A stretch of 64,000 nt of DNA from a virus, in the IMG/VR virus record IMGVR_UViG_3300022885_000003, positions 32,001-96,000 of that record, one strand, 5' to 3'. The notes beneath the pieces were generated by a model, which saw only the letters and a list, made by a program, of their open reading frames with translations, did no database searches and was not told the origin of the DNA. Of this stretch, positions 28,113-38,541 are shown piece after piece; position 1 is the stretch's first letter, and each line of letters opens with the position of its first letter. Both the position numbers and the translations under genes were made by a program.

Positions 28113-31100
28113 ATGGCCAACAAAAATACATTACGCAAAATCGATAGTATTGAATCAAACGACCAAGGTGGTCTACTGATCGACAACCCTTATTTCTTAA
28201 GATTACCAACGGGGTCTAGTTCAAATCGTCCAGGTTTGCTCAGCACCAATATACCGGAATCTACGAATGGTATGATTAGGTATAATGAAGAAACTGGTAA
28301 TATCGAAATTTTCCTTCCTGAAGTTGACTCTGGCGGCGTTCCAACAACGGCACAAGTATGGACTAGTTTAGGTTTAGGGTCGGATCCAGAATCACCAGGA
28401 CAAGGTGACTTCTTACAACGATTCGGTGGCGTTATGTATGGTGACTTACGTATGTCAACCGGAGATGATTTCCACGATGGCTTAGGATCATTGCTTGGTG
28501 TGTCAGCTCAGGGAACTGGTTTACGGGCTGGTATTCAATCCGATAGTACCAATAGTAGAATATTAAACTCTGCAGGATCTATTGCTAATCCATCTTATAG
28601 TTTTGATGTGGAAAGAAATACAGGTATTGCTCTAACAGCACCTAATGAAATGTCATTTATTGTTGACGGTATACCACAATTAACGATTGACAGTGGCGGT
28701 GCCACTATTCCAGCCCCAACATCAATGAATAACGGTTTTGAAAATGCGCCAGGATTAGCGTTTGCTTCTGATCTTGATACTGGGTTTTATCACTCAGCTG
28801 CCAATACAATGGGATTAACCTCCGGCGGATTTGAAGCATTAGAGATTACGATTACTGGTGGCGCTTCATCAAGATTAGATACACAAGTGACAATTCGAGG
28901 AGACCTAATTGTTGAAGGAACAACAACAACAATTGATACAGCAAACCTTGTTGTTGCAGATAACACTATTACACTAAATGATGGGGAAGTTGGTGCCGGT
29001 ATTACGGCCGGAGCAGCAGGAATTGTGGTTGACCGTGGTAGTGAGACGGATGCCGGCTGGTTTTATGACGAAACGAATGATTGGTGGGGGCCAACTGGAC
29101 CAAGTGGTATTGCAGGAGAGGGTGGCGCCACAAATGTTATTGGTAACGTACAAGAGATTGATTCTCGAACAGCACCAACCGCAGGAGTTTTATTTACCAA
29201 CACTGATGCTATTCGTATAAAGAATTCTGGTGGCGGCGGAACAAGTCACGGAACTATTGCTGCGCCGGCATACTCGTTCGAAGCAGATGAAAATACAGGA
29301 ATATACCATCCAGCACTTGAACAGCTTGGGTTGGTTACAGATGGCGTTGAAATGGTTCTCGTTGATGGTTCAGTTACAACTGACCAACACACATTATTCT
29401 CCCGGCAAAGTCGAGCAGTTAAACAACCAATACTTCCAATTATTAGCGTAACTTCTATACCATCATGGTCGTTCGATGGAGATAGTGATACCGGTATTGG
29501 TAGCACAAATACAAATGAATTAGAACTAATTGCCGGTGGTGAAGTTGCAATGACACTAGTTTCTGATGGTGTTCTTGGACAATTGTTGATCGATGACGGA
29601 ACAGTTGGCGCGCCATCCATAGCATTTAGATCAGATACCGATTCAGGTGTATTCAAAAATGGTACAAGCGTTGGTATTGCTTCTGATGGTGTATTGTCAG
29701 GAAACTTTAATGCTAATCAGGTCAATTTATTACCAGGTACAGAAGCATTGCCAGGTATTTCGTTTATTTCCGATGAAGATACCGGAATATGGAATCCGTC
29801 TGCAAATAATATGGCAATGTCGACCGGTGGTGCCGAAAGACTGCGCATAGATGATGTAGGTAATGTTGGGGTTGGTACGACCACTCCTGCCACGTTATTG
29901 GATGTGCAAGGTAATATTACCCAAGGTGTTGTTGGATCCAATGCAGGTCGATTGCTTATCGATAATACAACCGATGATGTTCAAAGGATTAAAGTTAGTC
30001 GTACGGGAATAACTGGTCAATTAGCTTTCCATACAGGTGACGATACCGAACATATGAGGATCGACGATAACGGTAATATCGGTATTGGTACAGATGATCC
30101 ACTTGGTACCGTGCATATTAAAAAATCAACAATTATAGCTGACCCAGTTGATACATTAGTTGACGAATTGGTTATTGAAAATGCAACGACAAATGCTGGT
30201 ATTTCAATTATAACAAATTCAGTAAGTGCCGGCACCATTGCGTTCGGAGATGATAGTAACTCAAATGACGGTTCTCTTTCTTATAATAACACTGATCGTT
30301 CGATGCAGATTAGAACGAATGATACGAATAGATTCTTAATTGACGCTTCGGGTAATGTTGGCATAGGCACAATCCAGCCAGAAGCTGGACTTGATCTATT
30401 TACAGGATTAAACGGTTCGTTTAGTAGATTTAGAATTGAACATTCAGATTCAGCAGGTGGCTCTGCAGGTGGCGCAAAAATTGCAGGGTATGGTAGCAAT
30501 GGTGCTATTGTTGAAATTGCTAATATTGATTTCGCCTTAACTAATGGTTCAGTAGGTAACGAGACCGGTGATATCATATTTAGAACAGCTTTGAATGGTG
30601 CAGCCCCGGTTGAACATATGCGTCTAACCAGTGCAGGATTATTGACAATAACAGATTTAGAAGTTGCTGGGGACTTAACAATCCCATCAATCAATGATAC
30701 TAATGGTCAAATCGCAGGATTTAGAAATAAAATCGTTAATGGTAATTTTGATATTTGGCAACGTGGAACATCCGGATTTGGATCTGGCTTTAATGCTGAT
30801 TTATGGAGAGTTGATACTAATACAGATGATATCATTGTTATATCTCAACAACCTTTCGATCTAGGACAAACAGACGTTCCAGGAGAACCGCAATATTTTA
30901 TGCGTGCAACATTAACATCTGGTACATCTGGTTTCCTTAATGATTTCCGTCAAAGAATCGAAGGTGTCCGTACATTTGCCGGTCAAACCGTTACTCTCTC
31001 TTATTACACTAGAGCAAGTGTTGGTGCTACAACTCAAAATAGGAGAGTCGCGCAACAGTTCGGAACCGGTGGTTCCCCGTCGACCGCAGCCACACAAGCA

Positions 31101-31637
31101 TTGCCTGATGTAGTGCTTACAACACTGTGGACGAAAGTAACGAATACTTTTACCTTCCCATCGTTAACAGGAAAAACGATAGGAACAAATGATGATGATT
31201 TCATAAATATCGTATTAGGACTTCCAGTAAATACAACTATTGATGTTGATATTGCTTGCGTTCAACTTGAATTGGGGTCAATTGCTACACCATTTGAAAA
31301 ACGTGATCCGACAGTTGAATTAACCATGTGTCAGAGACATTATTATGAAACTGCGAAGTCTGGTAGCGCATGGGCGGTAGCTGCAACTGACATTGTTGCA
31401 TCGATCATCTTCCCAACGACAATGCGTAGAATTCCAGATGTATCGTTAATAGATACAACACCAACATTTAACGATTACAATGTATCATTGACTTCGTCGG
31501 GTTCAAGTTTGTCCACTAATGCATTTACAGAAGATGGTGGTAATGTCAGAATGGACGGTTTCTCTGGAGCAATCGTTAGTAGACCTGGATTTTGGAATCA
31601 AACAAATTCAATTTGGGCGTTTGATGCTGGATTCTAA
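28113..31637 (+). CDS. long tail fibre/virion protein with PxxxFxxDxDTG and GNVGIGT repeats and a C-terminal CBM-like domain
   Basis: GMIRYNE, six PxxxFxxD/ExD/NTG units, three GNV/IGV/IGT units, FRNKIVNGNFDIWQRG...CQRHY. Confidence 0.8.
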   Translation: MANKNTLRKIDSIESNDQGGLLIDNPYFLRLPTGSSSNRPGLLSTNIPESTNGMIRYNEETGNIEIFLPEVDSGGVPTTAQVWTSLGLGSDPESPGQGDFLQRFGGVMYGDLRMSTGDDFHDGLGSLLGVSAQGTGLRAGIQSDSTNSRILNSAGSIANPSYSFDVERNTGIALTAPNEMSFIVDGIPQLTIDSGGATIPAPTSMNNGFENAPGLAFASDLDTGFYHSAANTMGLTSGGFEALEITITGGASSRLDTQVTIRGDLIVEGTTTTIDTANLVVADNTITLNDGEVGAGITAGAAGIVVDRGSETDAGWFYDETNDWWGPTGPSGIAGEGGATNVIGNVQEIDSRTAPTAGVLFTNTDAIRIKNSGGGGTSHGTIAAPAYSFEADENTGIYHPALEQLGLVTDGVEMVLVDGSVTTDQHTLFSRQSRAVKQPILPIISVTSIPSWSFDGDSDTGIGSTNTNELELIAGGEVAMTLVSDGVLGQLLIDDGTVGAPSIAFRSDTDSGVFKNGTSVGIASDGVLSGNFNANQVNLLPGTEALPGISFISDEDTGIWNPSANNMAMSTGGAERLRIDDVGNVGVGTTTPATLLDVQGNITQGVVGSNAGRLLIDNTTDDVQRIKVSRTGITGQLAFHTGDDTEHMRIDDNGNIGIGTDDPLGTVHIKKSTIIADPVDTLVDELVIENATTNAGISIITNSVSAGTIAFGDDSNSNDGSLSYNNTDRSMQIRTNDTNRFLIDASGNVGIGTIQPEAGLDLFTGLNGSFSRFRIEHSDSAGGSAGGAKIAGYGSNGAIVEIANIDFALTNGSVGNETGDIIFRTALNGAAPVEHMRLTSAGLLTITDLEVAGDLTIPSINDTNGQIAGFRNKIVNGNFDIWQRGTSGFGSGFNADLWRVDTNTDDIIVISQQPFDLGQTDVPGEPQYFMRATLTSGTSGFLNDFRQRIEGVRTFAGQTVTLSYYTRASVGATTQNRRVAQQFGTGGSPSTAATQALPDVVLTTLWTKVTNTFTFPSLTGKTIGTNDDDFINIVLGLPVNTTIDVDIACVQLELGSIATPFEKRDPTVELTMCQRHYYETAKSGSAWAVAATDIVASIIFPTTMRRIPDVSLIDTTPTFNDYNVSLTSSGSSLSTNAFTEDGGNVRMDGFSGAIVSRPGFWNQTNSIWAFDAGF

Positions 31638-31649
31638 AAGGAATTAATA

Positions 31650-32189
31650 ATGAAAACAAATAATTTACGTCAATGGATGAATATACTTGAAAGCAAAGAT
31701 GATTTGAAATTAGATAAACTTTCCTTTTCAAAAGATTCGTTATCTCCAATCATGAGTAAAGAAACTATTGATATACATTATGATATTCTTACAAAAAATT
31801 ATCACAAAAATGCCAAGGACGGCGATCCTTTTCAGATTGCGGGGGCATTCTTACATGATTTGTTCTGGGAGAATTTACAACCACCAACGGACAACAACAA
31901 ACCATTAAATGATTTCTTAGAATTAATCAATGATAAATTTGGATCATTGGCTAAGTTCAAATCTGAGTTTGAGGAAACAGCAACCACAATACAAGGTAAT
32001 GGTTGGTGTGCTCTAACGAAGTCAGGGAAGATTGTTCAAATATCCAATCACAAAAAACGTTCTGATATCATATTGTTACTTGACATGTGGGAACACGCTT
32101 ATTTCTTGGATTATGGCGCAGACAAGAAAAAATACGCTAAAAGCTTTTGGAAAATTGTTAATTGGGAAACGGTGAACGGGAGGCTCTAA
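31650..32189 (+). CDS. Fe/Mn superoxide dismutase (compact) with a putative capsid-targeting leader
   Basis: Metal ligands IHY, HDLFW, DMWEHAY; leader MKTNNLRQWMNILE. Confidence 0.9.
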   Translation: MKTNNLRQWMNILESKDDLKLDKLSFSKDSLSPIMSKETIDIHYDILTKNYHKNAKDGDPFQIAGAFLHDLFWENLQPPTDNNKPLNDFLELINDKFGSLAKFKSEFEETATTIQGNGWCALTKSGKIVQISNHKKRSDIILLLDMWEHAYFLDYGADKKKYAKSFWKIVNWETVNGRL

Positions 32190-32198
32190 GGCCTCCCA
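32178..32198. terminator. hairpin between convergent SOD and RNA ligase genes
   Basis: GGGAGGC-TCTAAG-GCCTCCC. Confidence 0.55.
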
Positions 32199-32204
32199 TC
32201 CAGT

Positions 32205-33392
32205 TTAGTTAAACTCTGTTGTATCACCCTTACGAAGAAGATACTTTGGGCTTACATACTTGAGCATTACCCGGCCGATGAAATCGTTTTGCCGTTCAAC
32301 GTGCGGACGAATAACAATCCCTTCCCGGATATTGGAATTGCTGTAATCGCGCCCGTCACGAAGTTCTTCCATCTTCTCCATGCTGAACGGTCCTTCATAC
32401 AACATAGGAACGGATTCAATTCCCTGAGTAGAAAGAATGTCGATACGAACAAAAGAGTTTACATATTCACCCTGCCCAGGCTGACCAGAATAAAGATCAA
32501 ACGCTCGGAAGGTTGGCTTATCTTCACCATACGCAAGATCCTGCACACCCTTTCCGTAAGTTTCACCGAGAAGATAAAACGGCTTTCGTTCGCGATCAGA
32601 ACGTTCGTAGATACGGTTCATCTTTTCAATTAAACGGTCAATAATGTCAAAACCATTCTCGTCTTTGGTTTCGTTCAACATTCGAACATAAAGGTTACCA
32701 GCATTTTCCTCGGTCAATTTGAATGCAAGACCCTTGGCACTCATGCCTTTGCTTGTTACGATTTTAGTCCACGTTCCATCTTCTTCAGGATAAGCACCGA
32801 AGCAGGTCCATGTTCCGTGAAGCTTCTCAGTCACGTTAACGGCTTCCCCTTCAACGAAAATATCAGGATACTTTTGGATGTTTTCAACATCAAACTTCAA
32901 TGTTTTCCCGAACGCATCAAACATTTCACCGTTCATACTGGACGGAATAACTGGTTCATGCTTGGTGATGCCAAGACCTTCAGCAACATTGTCACCGAGT
33001 CTCCATAGTCCAGCGCCCTCATTGCCATTATGAGGTTCAGAAATAACCAGGACATTATCTTCAGTTGAATCTGGCTCAACAGGCAATAGAATTCCTTGTG
33101 AGAAAATTCCCCGAAGCTTCATCGCTTTGACGCGGTTCCCTTTGGAGCCGGCAAGTCCGCCGGTATCCTTCTCGTCGTTCCAGAAGCCCATGTGCTTCAA
33201 GAGCCAATCAGGAACAACGGCACCTTCGGGAATATAGACAACCATGTCTCCACCCTGATAGCGCCAGGAGCCGTCTTCCTTCTTATTGGCGATGCAATTG
33301 AACCCACCAATCTTGACTACCGTTAGGCGATCGGCATCTGGATGATCAACTACGTCGTCGATCTTAACGACCTTTACTTCAAACTCTGACAT
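32205..33392 (-). CDS. RNA ligase, DRB0094 family (N-terminal OB/tRNA-binding domain)
   Basis: HPDADRL, LRGIFSQG, motif I TEKLHGT, GETYG, FRAFD, REGIVIR, LKYVS. Confidence 0.9.
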   Translation of the reverse strand: MSEFEVKVVKIDDVVDHPDADRLTVVKIGGFNCIANKKEDGSWRYQGGDMVVYIPEGAVVPDWLLKHMGFWNDEKDTGGLAGSKGNRVKAMKLRGIFSQGILLPVEPDSTEDNVLVISEPHNGNEGAGLWRLGDNVAEGLGITKHEPVIPSSMNGEMFDAFGKTLKFDVENIQKYPDIFVEGEAVNVTEKLHGTWTCFGAYPEEDGTWTKIVTSKGMSAKGLAFKLTEENAGNLYVRMLNETKDENGFDIIDRLIEKMNRIYERSDRERKPFYLLGETYGKGVQDLAYGEDKPTFRAFDLYSGQPGQGEYVNSFVRIDILSTQGIESVPMLYEGPFSMEKMEELRDGRDYSNSNIREGIVIRPHVERQNDFIGRVMLKYVSPKYLLRKGDTTEFN

Positions 33393-33434
33393 ATCTATTC
33401 TCCTCTGTTATTTGCTAATTATAGCATTATTTCA

Positions 33435-33752
33435 TTAATAGTCAAGTAAATTATTGACCATTGCATACATCATTTTGAATGTTATCGCGTCGTGTTCATT
33501 TGCAAAAAATACTCTAGAATTAAGTAGATAAAACACACCACCAGTTAGATGATCGTCGATCCATGATTCAATTTCTTTATATTGTTCATTAGAAAGGCTT
33601 CTAGAAAAATGAACTACAATAATATCACCATCAGACACCCCATCATCAAACGAATCAACCCCGAACGGAACATTGGGTTGCGCCCATCCCCATACATTAT
33701 GCGTTACGCGCAATGTTTTTTTACTGTAAAGTGGTAATCGTTCTATTGACAT
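33435..33752 (-). CDS. FKLxW-family small protein
   Basis: SWIDDH...FFANEHDAITFKMMY. Confidence 0.75.
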   Translation of the reverse strand: MSIERLPLYSKKTLRVTHNVWGWAQPNVPFGVDSFDDGVSDGDIIVVHFSRSLSNEQYKEIESWIDDHLTGGVFYLLNSRVFFANEHDAITFKMMYAMVNNLLDY

Positions 33753-33803
33753 ATCATCTCCAAGTTTTTTATTATTATAACACTAAAATAGCATAGGTCA
33801 ATT

Positions 33804-34109
33804 TTATCCCCAAGTTAATTTGAATAATATGGCGTCTTGTTTCCTATAAAAGTATATTGTGGGAATATTTTGGATATGAACATAATACTTTGCATTTTCT
33901 TTCAACCATTCGTTTAATGTTGGGTTAACTTCGTATCTTACATACACATTTTGGCGTTCTTTTTGACGTCTATCTGGTATTTCCCAAAAACTCTTAACAT
34001 GATCAATGATATCATACATAAATGGATATCGACCACCGGACAAACGGTAAAGAGATATAGAAATAACCATTGTTACTATTTCGGTCTTGGTATATTTTAT
34101 GTTAGCCAT
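33804..34109 (-). CDS. FKLxW-family small protein
   Basis: EWLKEN...YFYRKQDAILFKLTW. Confidence 0.75.
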   Translation of the reverse strand: MANIKYTKTEIVTMVISISLYRLSGGRYPFMYDIIDHVKSFWEIPDRRQKERQNVYVRYEVNPTLNEWLKENAKYYVHIQNIPTIYFYRKQDAILFKLTWG

Positions 34110-34111
34110 TA

Positions 34112-34405
34112 TTACATCCATACCAATCTGCATAAAACAGCATCTTCTTTACGGAAAAAATAGATATAAGATCCATAACGATCAAGAATATAATATTTGC
34201 AATTTTGGCTCAACCAGATTTCAAAATTGGTAGTTGTTGAACCGATCGGAGGACATACGACACAAAGATTTTCCACTTTATCCAAATCAATACGATACGG
34301 ATATTTTTTACAAGTAATGTGATATAATGTCGAAGACAGAGATATATTTTTAATCCAATGATAATACCAAAAAATTGTTACCAATGTTCTATTATAACGG
34401 TCCAT
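34112..34405 (-). CDS. FKLxW-family small protein
   Basis: WLSQNC...YFFRKEDAVLCRLVW. Confidence 0.72.
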   Translation of the reverse strand: MDRYNRTLVTIFWYYHWIKNISLSSTLYHITCKKYPYRIDLDKVENLCVVCPPIGSTTTNFEIWLSQNCKYYILDRYGSYIYFFRKEDAVLCRLVWM

Positions 34406-34406
34406 A

Positions 34407-34763
34407 TTATCCCCATGCCAATTTAAACATTATTCGATCGTTTTCATCTTGGAAATAAAAAACACCAGTAAATGATGGCCTCCATTCACCACTGCATGTT
34501 TCAATGATCCAAATAATTATATCACCGTAATTTTTAACACCTTTTTCGGATACCTTTATTACGGTTTTAGCTTCGGCAAAAGTTAAACTATCAAATTTAA
34601 TCCTAGGAAGAAGTTCTGCATTTGGTCCTTTAAGCCATTCTGGATACAAAGAAACCTTACCTCCAGACGCTTTCATAATTTGATAGACACCATTACTTAG
34701 CTGGGGATAAACCCAACCTTCAGGTAATTCTATATCACAGTTTTTGGGTTTCTCAATATTCAT
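34407..34763 (-). CDS. FKLxW-family protein (paralogue of 50332..50685)
   Basis: PEGW..GVYQIMK..YPEWL..LPR; FYFQDENDRIMFKLAW. Confidence 0.75.
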   Translation of the reverse strand: MNIEKPKNCDIELPEGWVYPQLSNGVYQIMKASGGKVSLYPEWLKGPNAELLPRIKFDSLTFAEAKTVIKVSEKGVKNYGDIIIWIIETCSGEWRPSFTGVFYFQDENDRIMFKLAWG

Positions 34764-34878
34764 ATTGGGTTATTATATTATAATTATATGATATTTGTCA
34801 ATAGTAAACATAATGTTTTTTTATAATTGGTTAGGCTAAATAACAATGAGCAGCAGGTAAACATAAAAGGAAACTGAT

Positions 34879-35142
34879 ATGGAAATTATTCCATTTCCTG
34901 GTGCTCGAAAATCAACCAGGACGAAAAAAATAACAAAAATTAGCGCAGTGCCAGAAATGACTGAGGCGGCTGAACGCCTATACGTGTCTGATATGGAATA
35001 TACCTGCTACCATTGTCAAAATAAAACAACATTATCAGTAACAGGAATGATATTCAAAACACTTGAATTTTTCTGTAATACTTGCGGAACCAAGCATAAA
35101 GTGGTAAATCCAGCATTTAGTAAAGTAAAAACTCAAAATTAA
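34879..35142 (+). CDS. Zn-ribbon protein
   Basis: CYHC...CNTC; N-terminal IIPFP motif. Confidence 0.7.
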   Translation: MEIIPFPGARKSTRTKKITKISAVPEMTEAAERLYVSDMEYTCYHCQNKTTLSVTGMIFKTLEFFCNTCGTKHKVVNPAFSKVKTQN

Positions 35143-35212
35143 ATTGATTGTTGCATCCCCCAACAAGTATAATTGGAGTAATAATAAATTAACCAATAAT
35201 ATTGGAGATAAA

Positions 35213-35677
35213 ATGAAAGAATTGTCGAGTATACTTTCTAGAATAAATTTCAAACAAACGACTAAAAAGCAAATTGAATACATATATCATGAGGGCAATA
35301 CTAATGATATGCCCATGTTTTCATATACCGAACATAAAGGTCCTGATCTATTAGTTGAAACTTTTACATCTGATGGTAAAGAAACACAAAATACCGCTAA
35401 AGATGGTGATATTATTATGTGCGGACCAAGTCTAGAAAAATATATTCTAAAACATGATAAATTTTTAGAAAAGTACGAAATAATCAACGGTATAGCCATC
35501 CCTGAACAATCTTATCGTAACGTGGCTGAATACCTTGACGAAGAAGAAATAATGTTCACAGCGTCATGGGGTGAGTTAATGGTATTAAAGAAGAATGATT
35601 TTCTAGTTAAAGATGGTGATCATTATTATCGCATTGCTAGGAAGGAATTCTTAGAGACGTATAATTTACCAGAATAA
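35213..35677 (+). CDS. PGDYG-like duplicated-domain protein
   Basis: AKDGDIIMCGPSLEKY..FLEKY and ASWGE..KNDFLV..YRI..EFLETY; GGAG RBS. Confidence 0.6.
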   Translation: MKELSSILSRINFKQTTKKQIEYIYHEGNTNDMPMFSYTEHKGPDLLVETFTSDGKETQNTAKDGDIIMCGPSLEKYILKHDKFLEKYEIINGIAIPEQSYRNVAEYLDEEEIMFTASWGELMVLKKNDFLVKDGDHYYRIARKEFLETYNLPE

Positions 35678-35744
35678 TATTGCATTTCACATTCTTAATC
35701 TGTTATTATTATTTAATAATAAATCTAATAATAAAGGGTGAACA

Positions 35745-36152
35745 ATGTCACAAGAAAAATTAAATCTATACATGGATTTTGTAGAAAAAATTACTTCTGA
35801 AGAATCCAATAATACATTAGCTTATATTGAACGTCTTAAGAAGCTGGATGCAGCGGGCGTAAATATGGCGTTACTCGATACAGCCGCTTCTGGTCTATCC
35901 TCTGAAGGTGGTGAAGTAGCAGAAATCGTAAAGAAAATTAAGTTTCACGGTAAGGATATGGATGAAGATGTCCGTTTTCACCTTAAGCGGGAACTCGGTG
36001 ATGTTATGTGGTACTGGATTAACGCCTGTCGTGCCTTGGGTTTGGAACCATTTGATGTTATTGAAGAAAATATCAATAAACTTGAAGCTAGGTACCCGGG
36101 TGGTACATTTTCCGAATGGCATTCAGATAACCGCAAAGACGGTGATATTTAA
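35745..36152 (+). CDS. MazG-like nucleotide pyrophosphohydrolase
   Basis: GLSSEGGEVAEIVKK, ELGDVMWY, NINKLEARYP. Confidence 0.9.
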   Translation: MSQEKLNLYMDFVEKITSEESNNTLAYIERLKKLDAAGVNMALLDTAASGLSSEGGEVAEIVKKIKFHGKDMDEDVRFHLKRELGDVMWYWINACRALGLEPFDVIEENINKLEARYPGGTFSEWHSDNRKDGDI

Positions 36153-36155
36153 ATA

Positions 36156-36344
36156 ATGCGTAAACAATTGGTGCGGGATTTAGCCACAGTAATCAATAAA
36201 CACAATGTAGAAAGTATTTCGGATACTCCAGATTGGATACTTGCGGAATACTTGGTCACTTGTTTGGACAATTATCATAGCATTGATACCGCTAAGAAAT
36301 CATATTACAGCCCCGACGGGGTTGACGAATCAATCGTTTTTTAA
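36156..36344 (+). CDS. small phage protein (DTPDWILAEYL motif)
   Basis: 62-aa ORF in operon context. Confidence 0.65.
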   Translation: MRKQLVRDLATVINKHNVESISDTPDWILAEYLVTCLDNYHSIDTAKKSYYSPDGVDESIVF

Positions 36345-36354
36345 GGAGAATATT

Positions 36355-36663
36355 ATGCATGGATTGCGCTTAATTTTTATACCGCATCAAAACGTTAACA
36401 TTAATAATGATAAAATGTTCCAGAACTATGTTGAGAACTATTTGGATTCATTCAATGGACATTATGCTGGTTATATTGCTGCCGGAACCACTGCCACAGA
36501 GGGAAAGCGTTCTGGTGTATTTTATCAATATATAATTGAGAATCATTCCCCATCGTTGTTGGCTTACTTACAAGAATATATTGCAAGAAATCCTATGCAC
36601 GGATATAATGTTGACATATATGAAGGTCAAATTGGTCAGCCTGAGATATTAATTAATGTCTGA
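36355..36663 (+). CDS. hypothetical protein
   Basis: AAGGAG RBS before ATG 36355. Confidence 0.65.
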   Translation: MHGLRLIFIPHQNVNINNDKMFQNYVENYLDSFNGHYAGYIAAGTTATEGKRSGVFYQYIIENHSPSLLAYLQEYIARNPMHGYNVDIYEGQIGQPEILINV

Positions 36664-36946
36664 TAATCCAGATCATTTGGGTCGCAAACATCGTATATTT
36701 ATGAATCCAAGCGTGACTGGTAAAGCAAGTGTTTGCACATGGGATCTAACATTTACTTTCAGAACACGTGAGCAATGCACTTCATTTATAAATGAACTGT
36801 TAGAAACAAGTGATATCCCATGGAATGTTTCGTATGAACAAAAAGACAACAATGTCCACGTTGTTGATATCGTTGAAATGTCATGGGCCAACAATTTGAA
36901 ATATGTTGCGGAAATATTGCAACGAGTGGACCATAAAGGAGTATAA
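36656..36946 (+). CDS. hypothetical protein
   Basis: Overlap-coupled ORF, 96 aa. Confidence 0.6.
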   Translation: MSDNPDHLGRKHRIFMNPSVTGKASVCTWDLTFTFRTREQCTSFINELLETSDIPWNVSYEQKDNNVHVVDIVEMSWANNLKYVAEILQRVDHKGV

Positions 36947-37450
36947 ATGGAAAATCATATAACATGGGATACATTTTTTATGTCACTTGTTTATCTAGTG
37001 GCTATGAAAAGTAAAGACCGTTCAACCCATGTTGGGTGCGTCGTGGTTGACAAAGAGAATACAGTAAGAAGCATTGGTTATAACGGCATGCCGCGTGGTG
37101 TAGATGATGATGTTGAAGATAGACACGCTCGCCCAAAGAAGTATTTGTATGCTGAACATGCTGAGAGAAATGCAATTTATAATTCTAGAAGTGATTTGCG
37201 TGGATGCTCTGCTTATGCCAACTTTCTGCCATGTGCCGATTGTGCCCGAGGGCTCATTCAAGCAGGAATAAAAGAAGTTATTGTTCACGAAAATTTTAGC
37301 AATTCGTATCAATTAAATCAATTCGATGAATCTCATAAGGCTACTTTAGAAATGTTTGAAGAAGCTGGTGTTAAGGTCGTTGAATGGGATGGTGAAATTG
37401 TAACAGAAATTGCAGGATTTGTAGGCGGTAAGGTATTACCATTAACCTAA
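36947..37450 (+). CDS. dCMP deaminase
   Basis: SKDRSTHVGC, GYNGMPRG, HAERNAI, PCADCARGLIQAGI. Confidence 0.92.
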   Translation: MENHITWDTFFMSLVYLVAMKSKDRSTHVGCVVVDKENTVRSIGYNGMPRGVDDDVEDRHARPKKYLYAEHAERNAIYNSRSDLRGCSAYANFLPCADCARGLIQAGIKEVIVHENFSNSYQLNQFDESHKATLEMFEEAGVKVVEWDGEIVTEIAGFVGGKVLPLT

Positions 37451-37492
37451 TATAAAAAGGTGTAAATATTAGGAATAAGGAGTGTTTTTATT

Positions 37493-37771
37493 ATGATGCC
37501 ATTTTTAGATGTTAGTAAATTTTCAGATGCCGAGCTAGAGAAGAAAACGGGAGATCTTGCGAATCGTATCAGCATTGCGCAAAGAACAAATTCACAAGCA
37601 TATCAACAATTATTACAAATGATGCAAATGTTGAATGATGAGCGTTTGAATAGGTTTAATAAAAAACAGGGCGACGAAAATCCAAGAATGAAACCGGGAC
37701 TCGTTATGACAACAGATGAAAATGTTGATGCAAAGAAAGAGGACGATGATGGTCTTATCAATATACAATAA
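37493..37771 (+). CDS. hypothetical helical protein
   Basis: AAGGAG RBS, TAAATA upstream. Confidence 0.7.
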   Translation: MMPFLDVSKFSDAELEKKTGDLANRISIAQRTNSQAYQQLLQMMQMLNDERLNRFNKKQGDENPRMKPGLVMTTDENVDAKKEDDDGLINIQ

Positions 37772-37783
37772 AGGAAAAAGAAT

Positions 37784-38047
37784 ATGTCAATACAAGTATT
37801 AGAAATCACTAATCCAACAGACTCAGGTACTGTTATGGCCAAAATTGATAAACGATATCAAGCAGATATTAATTCTCAATTAATAAAACAAATGGCATTC
37901 GGGAATGGTGATAAGACAGCTAATTATAAATTTGATCAAGACTTTAATACATTTTCGTTATTTGGTTGTTGGTTCAAAAATATCGACTATACCAACCAGG
38001 ATCATATCCAAGTAGAAATTCAATATGATAATTCAATCGTAAAATAA
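37784..38047 (+). CDS. hypothetical protein
   Basis: AAGGA RBS, operon context. Confidence 0.65.
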   Translation: MSIQVLEITNPTDSGTVMAKIDKRYQADINSQLIKQMAFGNGDKTANYKFDQDFNTFSLFGCWFKNIDYTNQDHIQVEIQYDNSIVK

Positions 38048-38062
38048 AAAGGAAATAAAACA

Positions 38063-38419
38063 ATGGGTGGCAAATCATCAGGAACAACGTATACATCAAG
38101 TGGTGAACGACGTAATGTCGCAAGGAAGACATTAAATATGATGCGTAAGGAACGTAAAACAAATCCAAGTATGCGATCATTAATTGCAAAAAGAGCTTAT
38201 CGTGATGAAATTATGAATAGGCAAGGAAACAAGGAGCTCAAAGATAAGATCATTCTTAAAGAGAAACTTGAAAATACCGCATTGCAGTTGTATGAAACAT
38301 ATAAATCAGCAGGTATTACATGGAGCGCGTGTATGCAAGCCGCAAAAACGGACTGGGTATCAGAATTGCATCATAAATGGTCACAAACATTAGCTCGTTC
38401 AAAAGATAGTAAAAAATAA
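38063..38419 (+). CDS. hypothetical basic protein
   Basis: AAGGA RBS; YTSSGERRNV motif. Confidence 0.7.
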   Translation: MGGKSSGTTYTSSGERRNVARKTLNMMRKERKTNPSMRSLIAKRAYRDEIMNRQGNKELKDKIILKEKLENTALQLYETYKSAGITWSACMQAAKTDWVSELHHKWSQTLARSKDSKK

Positions 38420-38468
38420 TCATTTTATATGGTTATTCTTGGCTATAAAAACTGATAAGCTAAATATT

Positions 38469-38541
38469 ATTGTTGAAAGGATGTACTAATAACAATAGGC
38501 TGCTCACATCTTTTCGATAATTTAAATACCGGCGCCGGTAT
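38469..38541 (+). ncRNA. candidate structured small RNA
   Basis: 16-bp stem 38469-38484/38506-38521 whose three non-Watson-Crick pairs are all G-U on the + strand; starts just after TAAATA; followed by a perfect 16-bp palindrome. Confidence 0.4.
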
